DNA of 63,781 bases, filler included, from Octopus bimaculoides (lineage: Eukaryota): NCBI RefSeq assembly GCF_001194135.2. It is 7 parts of 7 records of this genome, joined end to end, with 100 filler letters (N's around TTAATTAATTAA, not from the genome) between each part and the next. Parts side by side here need not be neighbours in the genome. Positions count along the whole stretch, not along the records: positions 23,351 to 45,497 come from NC_068987.1; 6 more parts are not named here. The stretch is one strand, 5' to 3'. A program made the position numbers and the translations under genes. Shown one piece after another: positions 25,301 through 40,029 of this stretch. Position 1 is the stretch's first letter. Each line of letters begins with the position of its first letter. A model generated the notes under the pieces. The model saw nothing but the letters and a program-made list of their open reading frames with translations. It had not been told where the DNA came from and ran no database searches.

Positions 25301-25499
25301 TCTTTTGCTTTTTTTTTTTTTTTCAGGCTGGGTATATCGCGGAGATATACCCAGAATGACCTTCTAATTCTTTTTTTTTTTCTCTCTGAAGATGATAAAG
25401 TGTGATTTGAGGAATATTTGATTGCCATACGAAACAAGTTGATTGCTCATGTAATAGCTCCTGCTTAAAATTATTATTATTATCATTATTATTATTATT

Positions 25500-26015
25500 A
25501 TTGAGTGAGAGAGCGGTGCATGCCATCAAAGTGACACTGGGGTACAAATATATGAAACCCAGTATACCCATCATGACTACCCGTCTGATAAGGGTATACC
25601 AGGCACATGCATCACAACCATATGTGCGTGACATGGTGATCTCATATCAAGATAAACAGTGCATGACTTTGCAGGTGGGGCCCAGTTAGAATTTTCTTCA
25701 GGTCGAGTAGCCCAGCTTGCTCAAAAGGTCCCTGAATAAGGGTTGTTTGAGGATGATGAACGAAACACCCATGTTCCCAAAGGTGAATTATCCAAACCTC
25801 AAAGAATTCCTCTCAACACATGGCAATGATGCTCTCCCGCTACTTCCACTCAACTGGTTACGGTCAAACAACTGACAAGCAAATCTGTAGTCTTGAGCAG
25901 AATATTTGCTGTAGCCCATCTTTTTATACCAAGACAAAACAATGTACATGATAAAACTTCCAATCAGTTAAGATCAGAAGCCATGTGAGTCACTGCCTGG
26001 TACTGCATCAGGGCA
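25500..26015 (-). repeat. Unclassified interspersed repeat between trinucleotide microsatellites
   Basis: A non-coding ~500-bp block flanked by (TTA)n on both sides, resembling a LINE 3' UTR or SINE with a (TAA)n tail on the minus strand. Confidence 0.35.
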
Positions 26016-26019
26016 TTTT

Positions 26020-26039
26020 TATCGTTGTTGTTGTTGTTA

Positions 26040-26092
<53 letters not shown>

Positions 26093-26099
26093 GTTATTA

Positions 26100-26142
<43 letters not shown>

Positions 26143-26149
26143 CATTATT

Positions 26150-26217
<68 letters not shown>

Positions 26218-26836
26218 TATCATTATCATTATTATCGTAATTATTATTATTATTATTAATATTATTATTATTTTATGTTTGACTTTTGCTTTGCATTTGT
26301 ACAAGTTGGATCCAAGTCTCACCCAGAGACCTTAAGAGACAACAAGTTAGAAGTTCATGTAGGTGTTATGCCTAAGGTACCATATATTTGGATTTGTACA
26401 GTTTTGTTCTAGTGAATGTTTAAGAAACCATAAGAAAATTATCTGTTTGCTTTAAAATTTGAGATCACATAGACAGTATTTTACGTAGGATATGGGCAGT
26501 TCCCATGAGCACTATCTTTTGAACTTCAGCCATTTTGGGGTTTCCTGGTATCTGAGCTAGGTAGTAATCAGCCCGTTTCGCTGTCATTCCCAGGGCACCT
26601 ATGACAATAGGTATTGTTTTCGTCTTCAGATTCCACATTTTGCTAATTTCTATTTCAAGATCTTTATATTTGCTCAGTTTTTAGTAGGTCTTGACAGATA
26701 CGTTTATATCGATTGGGACAGTCATATCAATGAGGAGGCATGATTTTTGTCTGAAGTCTTTCAGTATGATGTCTGACCTATTTGCATCTATCTTTCTGTC
26801 AGTTTGAATGGTGAAGTTCCAGAGGAGTGCGATGTG

Positions 26837-26837
<1 letters not shown>
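26020..26837 (-). mobile_element. R4/Dong-like LINE 3' end (endonuclease, 3' UTR, long TAA/TGA tail)
   Basis: HIALLWNFTIQTDRKIDANRSDIILKDFRQKSCLLIDMTVP (ORF 26681-26947), a PD-(D/E)xK-type motif; tail at 26020-26275. Confidence 0.8.
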
Positions 26838-26892
<55 letters not shown>

Positions 26893-26944
26893 CATTATTA
26901 TTATTGTTGTTGTTGTTGTTGTTATTATTATTATTATTATATTT

Positions 26945-27080
26945 CAAATTCGACTGAAGTCGACTTTGCCTTTCATCCTTTCGGGGGTCGATAAATTAGG
27001 TACCAGTGAAACACTGAGGTCGATGTAATCGACTAATCTCCTCCCCGCAAAATTTCAGTGCTTGTGCCTTTAGTAGAAAG
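26945..27080 (+). mobile_element. SINE family A, 3' part
   Basis: tcaaattcgactgaagtcgactttgcctttcatcctttcgggggtcgataaatt... Confidence 0.75.
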
Positions 27081-27104
27081 GATTATTGTTGTTGTTGTTG
27101 TTGT

Positions 27105-27370
27105 TGTTAAAAATAAATTTGTAAAAGATAAATTCTTAATCCAAGAGCGCAATGTCACAATACCGATGGGATACAAACTGTCCACTCCTCATACTGTTGT
27201 CCAACTCCTTATCGGCACAAGCAGCTGTGCCGTTCCTGTTATTTTCCGTCTGGTTCCAATGATTGGAAATGACCGTCTAACATCCTTTAAGGATTTCTAG
27301 TCAAATTTAGCAACCTCAGTACTGAATACAGTCTAGTGATCTTTTTTCATTGATCTCTAATTATTGAATC
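27105..27370 (-). mobile_element. R4-like LINE extreme 3' end
   Basis: Minus translation ...KSLKDVRRSFPIIGTRRKITGTAQLL followed by a UTR and an (AAC)n tail. Confidence 0.45.
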
Positions 27371-27452
27371 TCTAATTTTAGTTCTTTTTTTTTTTACATA
27401 AACAAGGAATAAACATAAACATATTTTTGCATAAACAAGATATGCACACACA

Positions 27453-27490
<38 letters not shown>

Positions 27491-28099
27491 CTCTCTCTCT
27501 CACCCATACACACACACGTACGCACATATACTCATATACACATAATTCTGTTGAGTTATTGCCTACTAAATTCCACAGACACGGCATTGATCCAACAAAA
27601 GAAGACGCTTGCTCGCTTGCTGAAGATGCCGTATAGTGAAATCGAACCCGATACCACGCGATAGAAAACAACATCTTGAATGTATGGCTATGTCTGTGAC
27701 ACCGACAGGGCGCATATTTCCAATTTAAAATAAAATAAAGAATATTCTAAGACTTTTGAACTTATGAATATTAATTAATACCTCTGTTGATATCAACTTT
27801 TAATGAAAGCTTTTCTTTTAAAGCAATCCGAGCGGAATAATCCATAGAAAACTATCCCTACTTCCTTCCAGAAGATCAACAGTAATTCCATTGAGTTACG
27901 CATGAACACTTCCACTTCCATTCGAAGGAATCATATCTAAAAATAAAATAAAATTAATTCTTCTAAGGATTCTTTAACGGATTAAACTTAAGTCGCGATT
28001 AAGATTCGTTCTTAGAATTTACTTCAACAATCACCACGACCATTATCCAGGAAAAAAAAAAACTGAACGAAATTTCAAACGTTGTAAACCGTAAGGAGT

Positions 28100-28560
28100 A
28101 AATATTTTCATATCAACATTGAAGAACTTTTATTTCACTAGGGAAAGCTGTTTTGATAATGATTAATTAACACCATCTTCCAAAGATTGTCAGTAGTTCA
28201 GTCCAGTATGAATTTATGCCCCATCCCTTGGACTTATGTTGTCTATCATGGTGAATCAATCAGACGATATTTCCCAGACACCCGCCACATCTGCAATCCA
28301 GATTTACCCATCCCTAAATTTGTTCTGTTCATCTCTCGTTTGCAAATAATGAAATCATTCTGCTAAGACGTTTTGTCCGTGAACTAATATAACGAACAAG
28401 ATGGTTGATGACGTAAGGAAGACAACCTTGATAAATAATTCCTAATGACTACCAGAAAAATATAACCAATACAACGTTTCAATATTCCGACTACAGTATA
28501 CATCTGAGATTCTATGCTATTAGGAGTACCGGACCAAATATACGGAAGTGGACCCGATTT
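28100..28560 (-). mobile_element. Tc1-like transposase remnant
   Basis: Weak: RDEQNKFRDG*IWI and WEISSD*F resemble SDESKF...DG.xWV and WGCFSS. Confidence 0.3.
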
Positions 28561-30063
28561 CTGTATTTTCCGGTTTTCTGAAGACTGGTAAAATGTATAC
28601 TTAAAGTATAAAATAGACAACGGAAGAATTAAATTGTACTTAACGGACTCAAATTAATGCACTTCTAAAGCAGCGTTTGTGTGTTATTTATTAGCTCACA
28701 TAAAATTCTAAAAAAGATATTATAGTGTACCATGTATTCAGTGTAATATTCATAGGATGAAAATAAAATGAAAAAAAGTAACGAACATGATTTTATTTAA
28801 CAAATGCAGGTGCAAATTAATACACTTCTAAAGCAGAATACTGGGTGTCCGGGCTAAACTTGATATTTTATGTCTCCATTTCGAATAAGTACCAGGCTTT
28901 AAAAAGAAAAAAAAATAGTTCTGGGGGTCGATTCATTGGACTAAAAATTCCTCAAGGGGGAGCCCCAGTATGGCCGTAGTCTACTGAGTAAAACAAGTAA
29001 AAGATAAAAGATATATATATATATATATATATATATNNNNNNNNNNNNNNNNNNNNNNNNNNNNNNNNNNNNNNNNNNNNNNNNNNNNNNNNNNNNNNNN
29101 NNNNNNNNNNNNNNNNNNNNNNNNNNNNNNNNNNNNNNNNNNNNNNNNNNNNNNNNNNNNNNNNNNNNNNNNNNNNNNNNNNNNNNNNNNNNNNNNNNNN
29201 NNNNNNNNNNNNNNNNNNNNNNNNNNNNNNNNNNNNNNNNNNNNNNNNNNNNNNNNNNNNNNNNNNNNNNNNNNNNNNNNNNNNNNNNNNNNNNNNNNNN
29301 NNNNNNNNNNNNNNNNNNNNNNNNNNNNNNNNNNNNNNNNNNNNNNNNNNNNNNNNNNNNNNNNNNNNNNNNNNNNNNNNNNNNNNNNNNNNNNNNNNNN
29401 NNNNNNNNNNNNNNNNNNNNNNNNNNNNNNNNNNNNNNNNNNNNNNNNNNNNNNNNNNNNNNNNNNNNNNNNNNNNNNNNNNNNNNNNNNNNNNNNNNNN
29501 NNNNNNNNNNNNNNNNNNNNNNNNNNNNNNNNNNNNNNNNNNNNNNNNNNNNNNNNNNNNNNNNNNNNNNNNNNNNNNNNNNNNNNNNNNNNNNNNNNNN
29601 NNNNNNNNNNNNNNNNNNNNNNNNNNNNNNNNNNNNNNNNNNNNNNNNNNNNNNNNNNNNNNNNNNNNNNNNNNNNNNNNNNNNNNNNNNNNNNNNNNNN
29701 NNNNNNNNNNNNNNNNNNNNNNNNNNNNNNNNNNNNNNNNNNNNNNNNNNNNNNNNNNNNNNNNNNNNNNNNNNNNNNNNNNNNNNNNNNNNNNNNNNNN
29801 NNNNNNNNNNNNNNNNNNNNNNNNNNNNNNNNNNNNNNNNNNNNNNNNNNNNNNNNNNNNNNNNNNNNNNNNNNNNNNNNNNNNNNNNNNNNNNNNNNNN
29901 NNNNNNNNNNNNNNNNNNNNNNNNNNNNNNNNNNNNNNNNNNNNNNNNNNNNNGGTCGCGGGAGGGGCATAGTTGGAGGGGCGGAAGAAGCGGCTGGACA
30001 GGAGGAGCGGGAGGACAGGAGGAGCGGGTGGAGCAGAAGCAGCTGCAACAGCGGCAAGAGTGA

Positions 30064-30123
<60 letters not shown>

Positions 30124-30405
30124 ACGCTGATGATGATAATGATGGAAAGAAAGAAAGAAAGAAAGAAGTCAAAAAGAGGTGAGGAGGAAGAAAATTAATT
30201 AAATCTATCAACTGGAGAAGTTATTACATCTGGTGATTCTGTCTTAACTGGTTAACATCCGGAAGAGTTATTTCGCCAAGATGGATGAGGAAATGAGATG
30301 AGAGATATTAGAGCGACAAAGGAGGAGAAAATAACATGTCTTAAAATATATTTCTCCCAACGCACATATGGACACACACTCACACACACATACACACGCA
30401 CGCAC

Positions 30406-30437
<32 letters not shown>

Positions 30438-31344
30438 GCGTATGCATGCGCGCAGCGATGGAGCCTGACCGCTAGAAACGTGGACGGTCACATTTAAGTA
30501 GTCTTACTACCAAAAAAAAAAAAAACAGGAATGGTCGCAACAGGATTGACTGTTATAAATTTGCTTGATCGTGATTCACATGACAAACAACAAAGCAGAC
30601 ATTTGCAACAAGATTTCATACAAAGTGCTGAATGAAATTCTAAAAAAGTGGTCCTCGACCAGAATGCGTATGGCCCTTGGGGGTCGATATAAGATTTTGT
30701 TAAAATTTAGCTGCAATAAATTGATTATACTTCTACAATACACAAAATATTCTTTTATTCTTTTGCTTGTTTCGTTCATTTCACTGCGACCATGCTGCTT
30801 ATGAGATTGAATAAAGTAAATTCATTCTTTCAGCTACTCACTTGTCGATTGAAGGTGTTGTTATGGCCGAGTATTACTTACATAGCTGAATATAACACAC
30901 ACACACACATGTATATGCACAAAATGTGAATTTTTACTGCACAGCTCAATATTTGTTGCATGTTATTTTGTATATCTATGTTTTACCCTAACAACTACGT
31001 GATCCGTATTATATTTTACAATTGCACTGACAGGAATTATTCGACAAAGAAAGTTCTCATAGGCCACGGTTGATTTTCGGTTGAGGTTGTTCATTTTATT
31101 TATTTTATTTTTTTTATATTCGGACACCTCTAAATAAGATCAAAGTGTTTCAGTTGCCAGATACAACATCAACGTAACACCATACAGGAATGTGCATGTT
31201 TTAGCACCGTTTAAAATTTATTACACTTTCTTTCTGTCATTTTCTCTATCTATTTTTCTATCTTCACGTTTTTCTTTTTTCTTTTTAAGTTTCTTTCTGT
31301 CTTCTTTCAATTTGTCTCTCAATATTTCTGTGTCTTTAAGACAG

Positions 31345-31555
31345 CGAGCTGGCAGAAACATGAGCACACCGGACGCAATACTTAGCGGTATATCGTCTGT
31401 CTTTACGTTCTGAATCCAAATTCCATTGAGGTCGACTTAGCCTAGCATCCTTTCGGGGTCGATAAATTAAGTACCAGTTGCGTATTGGGATTGATCTAAT
31501 CGACTGGCCCCCTCTCCAAAAAATTCGGGCCTTGTGCCTAGAGTAGAAAAGAATA
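31345..31555 (+). mobile_element. SINE family A, full length
   Basis: gcgagctggcagaaac...cttagcggtat...gaggtcgac...ggccttgtgcctagagtagaaaagaata. Confidence 0.8.
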
Positions 31556-32732
31556 TTTCTATATCTCTTTTTCTTTCTATCTCTGTTTCACTTACTCGAC
31601 TCATCCTTCGTCCATTAATCACTTATAAATTTACTCTCAACCTCACTTATTCACTTGCCCTTCTTTCTTTCCTTCCCCCCCTTCTTTAATTCCGTTCTCC
31701 TGTCCTCGTGCGATGGGTCTTTTCCTTGCACCACATTCGATAACTTCTTATCGTCTTTACTTTTAATCTTTAATCCTTCGGTCATTCACCCTCACATAAA
31801 TACATTTATTCCTTCATCTATCCATTTGTCACTCTATATTCATATTTCATAACCTGCGATGCAAACGGTATGAACGAACTGATACTCTATGATACTGCCT
31901 CAACTCTGGTTCACTCTCTTATACAGCGCGTGCACGCGGGACTTGCAGTAAACATCAAATCATCACGGTCTGATTTGGTGGCCGCCATAGGGTTTTGCGC
32001 GTTGTCCCTCTTGCAACGCCTTTCTAATTAATTTCTTTGTTTCCTTTTGCTGTTTTTTTTCTTTCGTTTCAAACAACTTGTTGGTTCAAATAAGTGATAC
32101 CACCTTTTTTTTTTTTTTTTTTGAGTGATGGTGAATCAAAATATTTATGGTTTTAGGCGTTTTAATCGTGTAGCTGCTGTGTAAAAACATCGGTATACAA
32201 AAACTGGGCACACCCAAACCTAGAGTTGACATGAGTATGTGTGTGTGAATTCATGTAGTTATATGCCATATACGAAACTATTGGTCTTTGAGTTATTTAT
32301 ATAAATTTCTGCCGAACAGTAAAAAAGTATATTTTTCACGTATTCTTTTATTCTTCTAACCTTTTACTTGTTTCAGTCATTTGACCGCAGCCATGCTGGA
32401 GCACCGCCTTAATAGGTTTAGTTGAAGAAATCGATCCCAGGACTTATTCTTTGTAAGCCTAAAACTTATTCTGTCGGCCTTCTTTGCCAAACAGCTAAAT
32501 TACGAGGAGCTAAACACACCAACTACCCTCCATGTTTGTTTTCGTTCGGTTTCCATGTATGTCTCCACTGTCCTGTTTTTGTTCCTAACTTTGACCCTCC
32601 ATAAATCCTAAATTTTATTTTAGAATTTATGGGAGCAACTGTCTTTGAAGACTCATATTGTCGTTGGATGCTCGAAATGAGGAGTAGGCAGACATATTGT
32701 TTACACAGTTGGTGATGTCCTGTACCCATATA

Positions 32733-32769
<37 letters not shown>

Positions 32770-33427
32770 GGCCGGCTTCTTTCAGTTTCTGTCTACCAAA
32801 TCCACTCACAAGGCTTTGGTAGGCCCGTGGCTATAGTAGAAGACACTTGCCCATGGTGCCACGCAGTGTGACTGAACCCGAAAACATGTGGTTGGGAAGC
32901 AAGCTTCTTACCCCACAGCCACGCCTGTGCCTATGGAGACATTTTAAATGGTTGTTCTAGTAAACCTATCAAACATTCTATCTGTCTATTTATCTATTTA
33001 TTTATTTGTTTATCTATCTATTTACGTATATACATACATATGCACACGTACAGAAGCACACACATACATTAGATATACACACTATGCGTGTATGTATGTA
33101 TGTATAAGTATATGTATATATGCATATACATGTCGTGTACGTGCATGTGTGCGTGTGTGCGCGTGTGTGTATGTGCATATATGTGTGCATCTATGTATGC
33201 ATTTCAGAATCGTATTCCTCTAGCAGGTGACTTCGTCTAAGACCTGGTGTTGAACTGTAGAAATGACTGTAGAAAGCCATTTCGTGCTGCAGTGAAACAT
33301 TTTTATTAGTGAATCGGTTGCTGTCGAGAGACGAAAATTCTGGATTCGCAAAATTAATTTGAGATGAATTTAACTGAGGTCAGAATAGCTCTCCCAAACA
33401 GTAAATGCAGTGTGTGTGTGTGTGTGT

Positions 33428-33467
<40 letters not shown>

Positions 33468-34443
33468 NNNNNNNNNNNNNNNNNNNNNNNNNNNNNNNNN
33501 NNNNNNNNNNNNNNNNNNNNNNNNNNNNNNNNNNNNNNNNNNNNNNNNNNNNNNNNNNNNNNNNNNNNNNNNNNNNNNNNNNNNNNNNNNNNNNNNNNNN
33601 NNNNNNNNNNNNNNNNNNNNNNNNNNNNNNNNNNNNNNNNNNNNNNNNNNNNNNNNNNNNNNNNNNNNNNNNNNNNNNNNNNNNNNNNNNNNNNNNNNNN
33701 NNNNNNNNNNNNNNNNNNNNNNNNNNNNNNNNNNNNNNNNNNNNNNNNNNNNNNNNNNNNNNNNNNNNNNNNNNNNNNNNNNNNNNNNNNNNNNNNNNNN
33801 NNNNNNNNNNNNNNNNNNNNNNNNNNNNNNNNNNNNNNNNNNNNNNNNNNNNNNNNNNNNNNNNNNNNNNNNNNNNNNNNNNNNNNNNNNNNNNNNNNNN
33901 NNNNNNNNNNNNNNNNNNNNNNNNNNNNNNNNNNNNNNNNNNNNNNNNNNNNNNNNNNNNNNNNNNNNNNNNNNNNNNNNNNNNNNNNNNNNNNNNNNNN
34001 NNNNNNNNNNNNNNNNNNNNNNNNNNNNNNNNNNNNNNNNNNNNNNNNNNNNNNNNNNNNNNNNNNNNNNNNNNNNNNNNNNNNNNNNNNNNNNNNNNNN
34101 NNNNNNNNNNNNNNNNNNNNNNNNNNNNNNNNNNNNNNNNNNNNNNNNNNNNNNNNNNNNNNNNNNNNTGTATGTCTCTGTGTGTATATATACATATACG
34201 CACACACACACATATATACAGATATAAGCATACATATGTTCATATACACTGCACATAGTGTGTGTTTGTGTGTAACATTAGTATGCATGTAAACACATAC
34301 GTTCATATATATATATATGTGTGTGTGGGTGTGTATACTTGTTTGAGTATGTGCGTACGTATCTATGGTTATTTCTATCTGTGTATATATCTATGTATGC
34401 GTATGTATATGTATACAAAAGTATACTTATATAAATAAATACG

Positions 34444-34478
<35 letters not shown>

Positions 34479-34996
34479 GCATATATATATATAAGTATAT
34501 ATGTGTGTGTGTAGTATATATAAGTATACAGATATGTGTGTGTATATGTGTGTATGAATGTATGTATATGAATACACAAACATACGTATGTATATAATGT
34601 GTGAAGAAAATTAATATATATATCTGTGTATTGTTTTTCCGGATGTATGCGTGAGGATAAACAAAATTCGTTTTTGTTTTTTTTTTATATTTTTAATGTT
34701 ATCGCCTTTGCCGATTTACATATTTACCAGTATATACATCTGTGTCGGTCTGTTTTTTATATGTGTTTATGTACTTGGAAGTATGAGTACGCAAAGTACT
34801 CCCACTTCAACTAGATAATTGGCCCTAAAGAGTTTGAAGATTTCTTTCCCTATACACTTGAGTTTAGACAACACCCAAATTATTCAGGCAGATGAGAACT
34901 CTACTCCCACTATGTAAAGCCATGTCAGTGGTAAACAAAATACAAGACAGATAGACACAAGCAACAAATATTAAGAAATGTATGTGTTTATTCATT

Positions 34997-35067
<71 letters not shown>

Positions 35068-35453
35068 TTTATCCTTTACTAGTTTCAGTCATTAGACTGC
35101 GGCCATATTAGGGAATTTTTAATCGAATGAATCGACCCCCCAATATTTATTTTTATAAATATTCTATTGGTCTCTTTTGCCGAAGCTCTAAGATATTGGA
35201 GCATAAACACACCAGCACCGGTTGTCAAGCGGTGGGTGGGGGGAATGCAGACTCAACGGCACATACATGAAAGTATGTATGAGCATAATTATATAGTTGT
35301 ACAAGCAGTGGTACAATGCTAAGCACACACACATACACACACACGTGTTGAGTGCAGTCTTGTATATGTATATATATATGTATATATATGTATATATATG
35401 TATATATATGTATATATATGTATATATATATGTGTGTATGCTCACGCGCGCGT

Positions 35454-35495
<42 letters not shown>

Positions 35496-35564
35496 ACACA
35501 CATACATATATATATACATATATATATATACACACACACACNNNNNNNNNNTATATATATTTAG

Positions 35565-36209
35565 CACATGTATCATAGATGGGGGTATGATCAGATTGTG
35601 AAACTTTTACATTGGAAGTTTTGTCAGAAGTGGGGGTTTGAATTTAGAAGTACTTGGTATAATCATTGCGATGAAAGACTGCTTGAGTCAAGATATATGC
35701 AGGATTTTATGAGATTTTCTAATTCAAACGGATAAAAGTAACCAGATATAACAATTATAGCCAAGGAAAAGTGAATATGCTTACTAATTGATCCATAATG
35801 CCCGTTTGATGCTAGGACTGCGAAAAAATATGACGAAAAATTAAAAAATACAATCCCTTAAAATTCGAAATTGCGAGAATTTGAAATATGTAAACGTTGT
35901 GGCTTGTAATAATCGGTGCATTAGGGACACTGAGTAGTGATATAGACAAATGGTCGAAGGAGATTGGAAAGGAATGTCCTGTAGAACTTCTACAGAAACT
36001 TTGCCGCTTTGGAAAAGGAAAAATAATCTGAAGGGTTTTGAACACTTGAAAATTATTGAAAGAGTATGGATATCTAAAGTTACAGGTAGAAACCCGCTAA
36101 CCACATAAATTCTACTAGAAATAAGACCAATCCCGAGTCAAACAGAAGAAGAAGAAGAAGAAGAAGAAGAAGAAGAAGAAGAAGAAGAAGAAGAAGAAGA
36201 AGAAGAAGA

Positions 36210-36210
<1 letters not shown>
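35565..36210 (+). mobile_element. R4/Dong-like LINE 3' end, same family as 2050-3680, with (GAA)n tail
   Basis: YNPLKFEIARI*...IIGALGTLSSDIDKW...CPVELLQKLCRFG parallels 3300-3530. Confidence 0.75.
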
Positions 36211-36742
<532 letters not shown>

Positions 36743-37264
36743 CTTATCGTCATATAACTTTAAATGTCATCGCCACCAACGCAACCTCCACATCTATCAG
36801 CATTGTCTTTATGATCATCATCAAAATCGTTGTCATCGTCATCATCATCATCATCATCATTAACACCGTGCCAACTCATTTGCATAAGAAAGTAACCATC
36901 TTATATTATTTTTTCCATACTTTTAATTGCATACAATCATGCCTGCGCGTGTCTATGTGTCTGTGAGTGTGTGCGCGCATGTGTATATGTATTTATGTAA
37001 TGCATTATACACATACACACAGAAATACATACATACATGTTTGTGCGTGTGTGTATATATATATGCGCACGCGCGTGTGTGTGTGTGTGTGTGTACATAC
37101 TGTATATATTGTACGTACACGTGTATGATTTACATGAATATAAACACGCACACACCATGCACACATGCAGAGAACAATACAGAAAGGTAAAAGAAAGAGA
37201 GGGAGAGGATATGTTTATACGTGTATATTGAATCAATTAATCAATCAATTAATCAATAAATATG

Positions 37265-37565
37265 TCCATCCTCATGGATGACGATCGAAGGCTCCTACCA
37301 TCCGGCAGGCTGCTCTCCTTCCGGTCTTTGATGTGATCGCTCCACATCCGTCTTATCTCCTTCGAGACCGATTTCCGTCCACACTTTCCTCCAGGGATAT
37401 GGGCTTAGAGGTACAGTGCTCTAATAGAGTATATTACATGTGTGTAATCCCAGTGTATATTGCGAGAAGCCATAGAATAATCTTGCAAGAAAGACATTGC
37501 CTACAAAGCGAAAATTGCTTATTTTCTCTAACCGGAAGTGATTCTTGGTATTCAACGAAGGCCAT
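37265..37565 (-). mobile_element. RTE LINE 3' remnant
   Basis: Minus translation ...HIPGGKCGRKSVSKEIRRMWSDHIKD resembles the xLEGKVEGKRxRGRxxRRWxxDI C-terminus. Confidence 0.45.
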
Positions 37566-38364
37566 ATGTGTGGGTGGAGCATGTACTTGTACGCACACAT
37601 ACACAAACTCATACACACATATATACATATATATGCATATGTGAGTATCTATTTATACATATACATATATATATGCATGTGTGTATCTATTCATGTGAGT
37701 ATGTATTTGTGTGAGTATGTATGTGTGTGAGTATATATGTGTGTGCGCAGAGATATTTGCAACAAGAATAGTAATAAGCATAATAATAGTAAATTAATGC
37801 TAATATTATTAGTAATAATAATTTAACAGAAGAGAAAGTAGAAAGGCTTAAAACAGGAAACGTGACTGCATATATATATATATATANNNNNNNNNNNNNN
37901 NNNNNNNNNNNNNNNNNNNNNNNNNNNNNNNNNNNNNNNNNNNNNNNNNNNNNNNNNNNNNNNNNNNNNNNNNNNNNNNNNNNNNNNNNNNNNNNNNNNN
38001 NNNNNNNNNNNNNNNNNNNNNNNNNNNNNNNNNNNNNNNNNNNNNNNNNNNNNNNNNNNNNNNNNNNNNNNNNNNNNNNNNNNNNNNNNNNNNNNNNNNN
38101 NNNNNNNNNNNNNNNNNNNNNNNNNNNNNNNNNNNNNNNNNNNNNNNNNNNNNNNNNNNNNNNNNNNNNNNNNNNNNNNNNNNNNNNNNNNNNNNNNNNN
38201 NNNNNNNNNNNNNNNNNNNNNNNNNNNNNNNNNNNNNNNNNNNNNNNNNNNNNNNNNNNNNNNNNNNNNNNNNNNNNNNNNNNNNNNNNNNNNNNNNNNN
38301 NNNNNNNNNNNNNNNNNNNNNNNNNNNNNNNNNNNNNNNNNNNNNNNNNNNNNATATATATATA

Positions 38365-38402
<38 letters not shown>

Positions 38403-38409
38403 CATACAT

Positions 38410-38705
38410 GCATATATAAACGGTGACGATACTCTTCAGTCATGAATGACCGTGCGATTGCACCTATTAACTTACTCTCCGAGTCAAGGGTATTTATGGA
38501 AGACCAGCAGACATCCATGCATACCAACTTCCTCTCTTTACGCCACTGATGTTATCCAAAGGAAGGGCAAAGGTCGATATAGCTTGGCACTAGTGACGTC
38601 GCAACTCATTTCTACAGCTGACTGAACTGGAGCAACATGAAATAGAGTGCCTTGCTCAAGAACATGATTGTGAGCCCGATGCTCTAACTACTGAGTCATG
38701 CGATA
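38410..38705 (-). mobile_element. tRNA/CORE-like SINE, internally deleted
   Basis: ...ctcatttctacagctgactgaactggagcaacatgaaatagagtgccttgctcaagaac...ctaactactgagtcatgcg is the reverse complement of the head and core of 47729. Confidence 0.65.
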
Positions 38706-38759
38706 TTATATATATATATATGCATATATACATGTGTGTGTGTATATATGTATCGTCGT

Positions 38760-39168
38760 CATCGGTGACAGCGGTGGCGGCGGCTTTATCTCGATCCTTA
38801 TGAACGTTTCCTCTATGGTGATGCCGTTGATGACTCTGTAGACTAATTCTTGCATAGAAGAGTCGACGGCATAAGGTTTATTTTGTTGAGTCTTCCTCTC
38901 TTGTCACTTGAACTCTTACTTTTCTCATCTGGTATCTTCGAAGTTTTAGATCCGATGGTGATGAAACACCGCCACTTGGTACGGTCTCGGGCTTGTGTTA
39001 CAAAACGATTTAGCCTCAACTCCAGTGGCTTTCAGTGTTCGTCCGTGTATCTTTCGTCACAAAGTCTTTTTCCTGGAGTGAACTCATTGAATAAAACTTG
39101 ACTCTTCCATTCTTGCTACATGTCCTGACCATCGAAGACGGTGACTCATGATCAGTGATTTGAAACTC
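38760..39168 (-). mobile_element. RTE (BovB-like) LINE 3' end
   Basis: SLIMSHRLRWSGHVARME motif (LRWxGHVxRM). Confidence 0.7.
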
Positions 39169-39177
39169 TCTGTGTGC

Positions 39178-39227
<50 letters not shown>

Positions 39228-39727
39228 NNNNNNNNNNNNNNNNNNNNNNNNNNNNNNNNNNNNNNNNNNNNNNNNNNNNNNNNNNNNNNNNNNNNNNNNN
39301 NNNNNNNNNNNNNNNNNNNNNNNNNNNNNNNNNNNNNNNNNNNNNNNNNNNNNNNNNNNNNNNNNNNNNNNNNNNNNNNNNNNNNNNNNNNNNNNNNNNN
39401 NNNNNNNNNNNNNNNNNNNNNNNNNNNNNNNNNNNNNNNNNNNNNNNNNNNNNNNNNNNNNNNNNNNNNNNNNNNNNNNNNNNNNNNNNNNNNNNNNNNN
39501 NNNNNNNNNNNNNNNNNNNNNNNNNNNNNNNNNNNNNNNNNNNNNNNNNNNNNNNNNNNNNNNNNNNNNNNNNNNNNGCATGTGTGTATGACGTGTAAAC
39601 AAAAGATGTATCTCATGTTCTCATCTGCTTTATATATATTCAAATATGTGAGTGCGTGTATGTGTGTTAATGTATGTTGATATGGTAGAAGTTCTATTGT
39701 GGTATATAGTAGAAGTGCTATTGTAGA

Positions 39728-39959
39728 AGGCGGCGAGCTGGCAGAAACGTTAGCACGCCGGGCGAAATGCTTAGCGGTATTTCGTCTGCCGTTACGTTCT
39801 GAGTTCAAATTCCGCCGAGGTCGACTTTGCCTTTCATTCTTTCGGGGTCGATAAATTAAGTACCAGTTATGCACTGGGGTCGATGTAATCGACTTAATCC
39901 CTTTGTCTGTCTTTGTTTGTCCCCTCTATGTGTAGCCCCTTGTGAGCAGTAAAGAAATA
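39728..39959 (+). mobile_element. SINE family A, full length with CpGs intact (reference copy)
   Basis: aggcggcgagctggcagaaacgttagcacgccgggcgaaatgcttagcgg...gttctgagttcaaattccgccgaggtcgactttgcctttcattctttcggggtcgataaattaagtacc. tRNA-like A/B boxes; further copies at 41080-41420. Confidence 0.85.
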
Positions 39960-40029
39960 TGAAGTGCTATTGTGCTTCATATTTCTTTATTGCTATTGTG
40001 CTTACCTGTACAGGCTTGTTTGCGTGTCT

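Noticed and set aside
29954-30180. GC-rich stretch giving Gly/Ala-rich ORFs
   Set aside because: Degenerate (GGA/GCA/GTA)n simple repeat next to a gap; not convincing coding sequence.
34815-34895. Protein-like IIGPKEFEDFFPYTLEFRQHPNYSGR* after an AG acceptor
   Set aside because: Only 26 codons, no good donor, and no recognisable homology.
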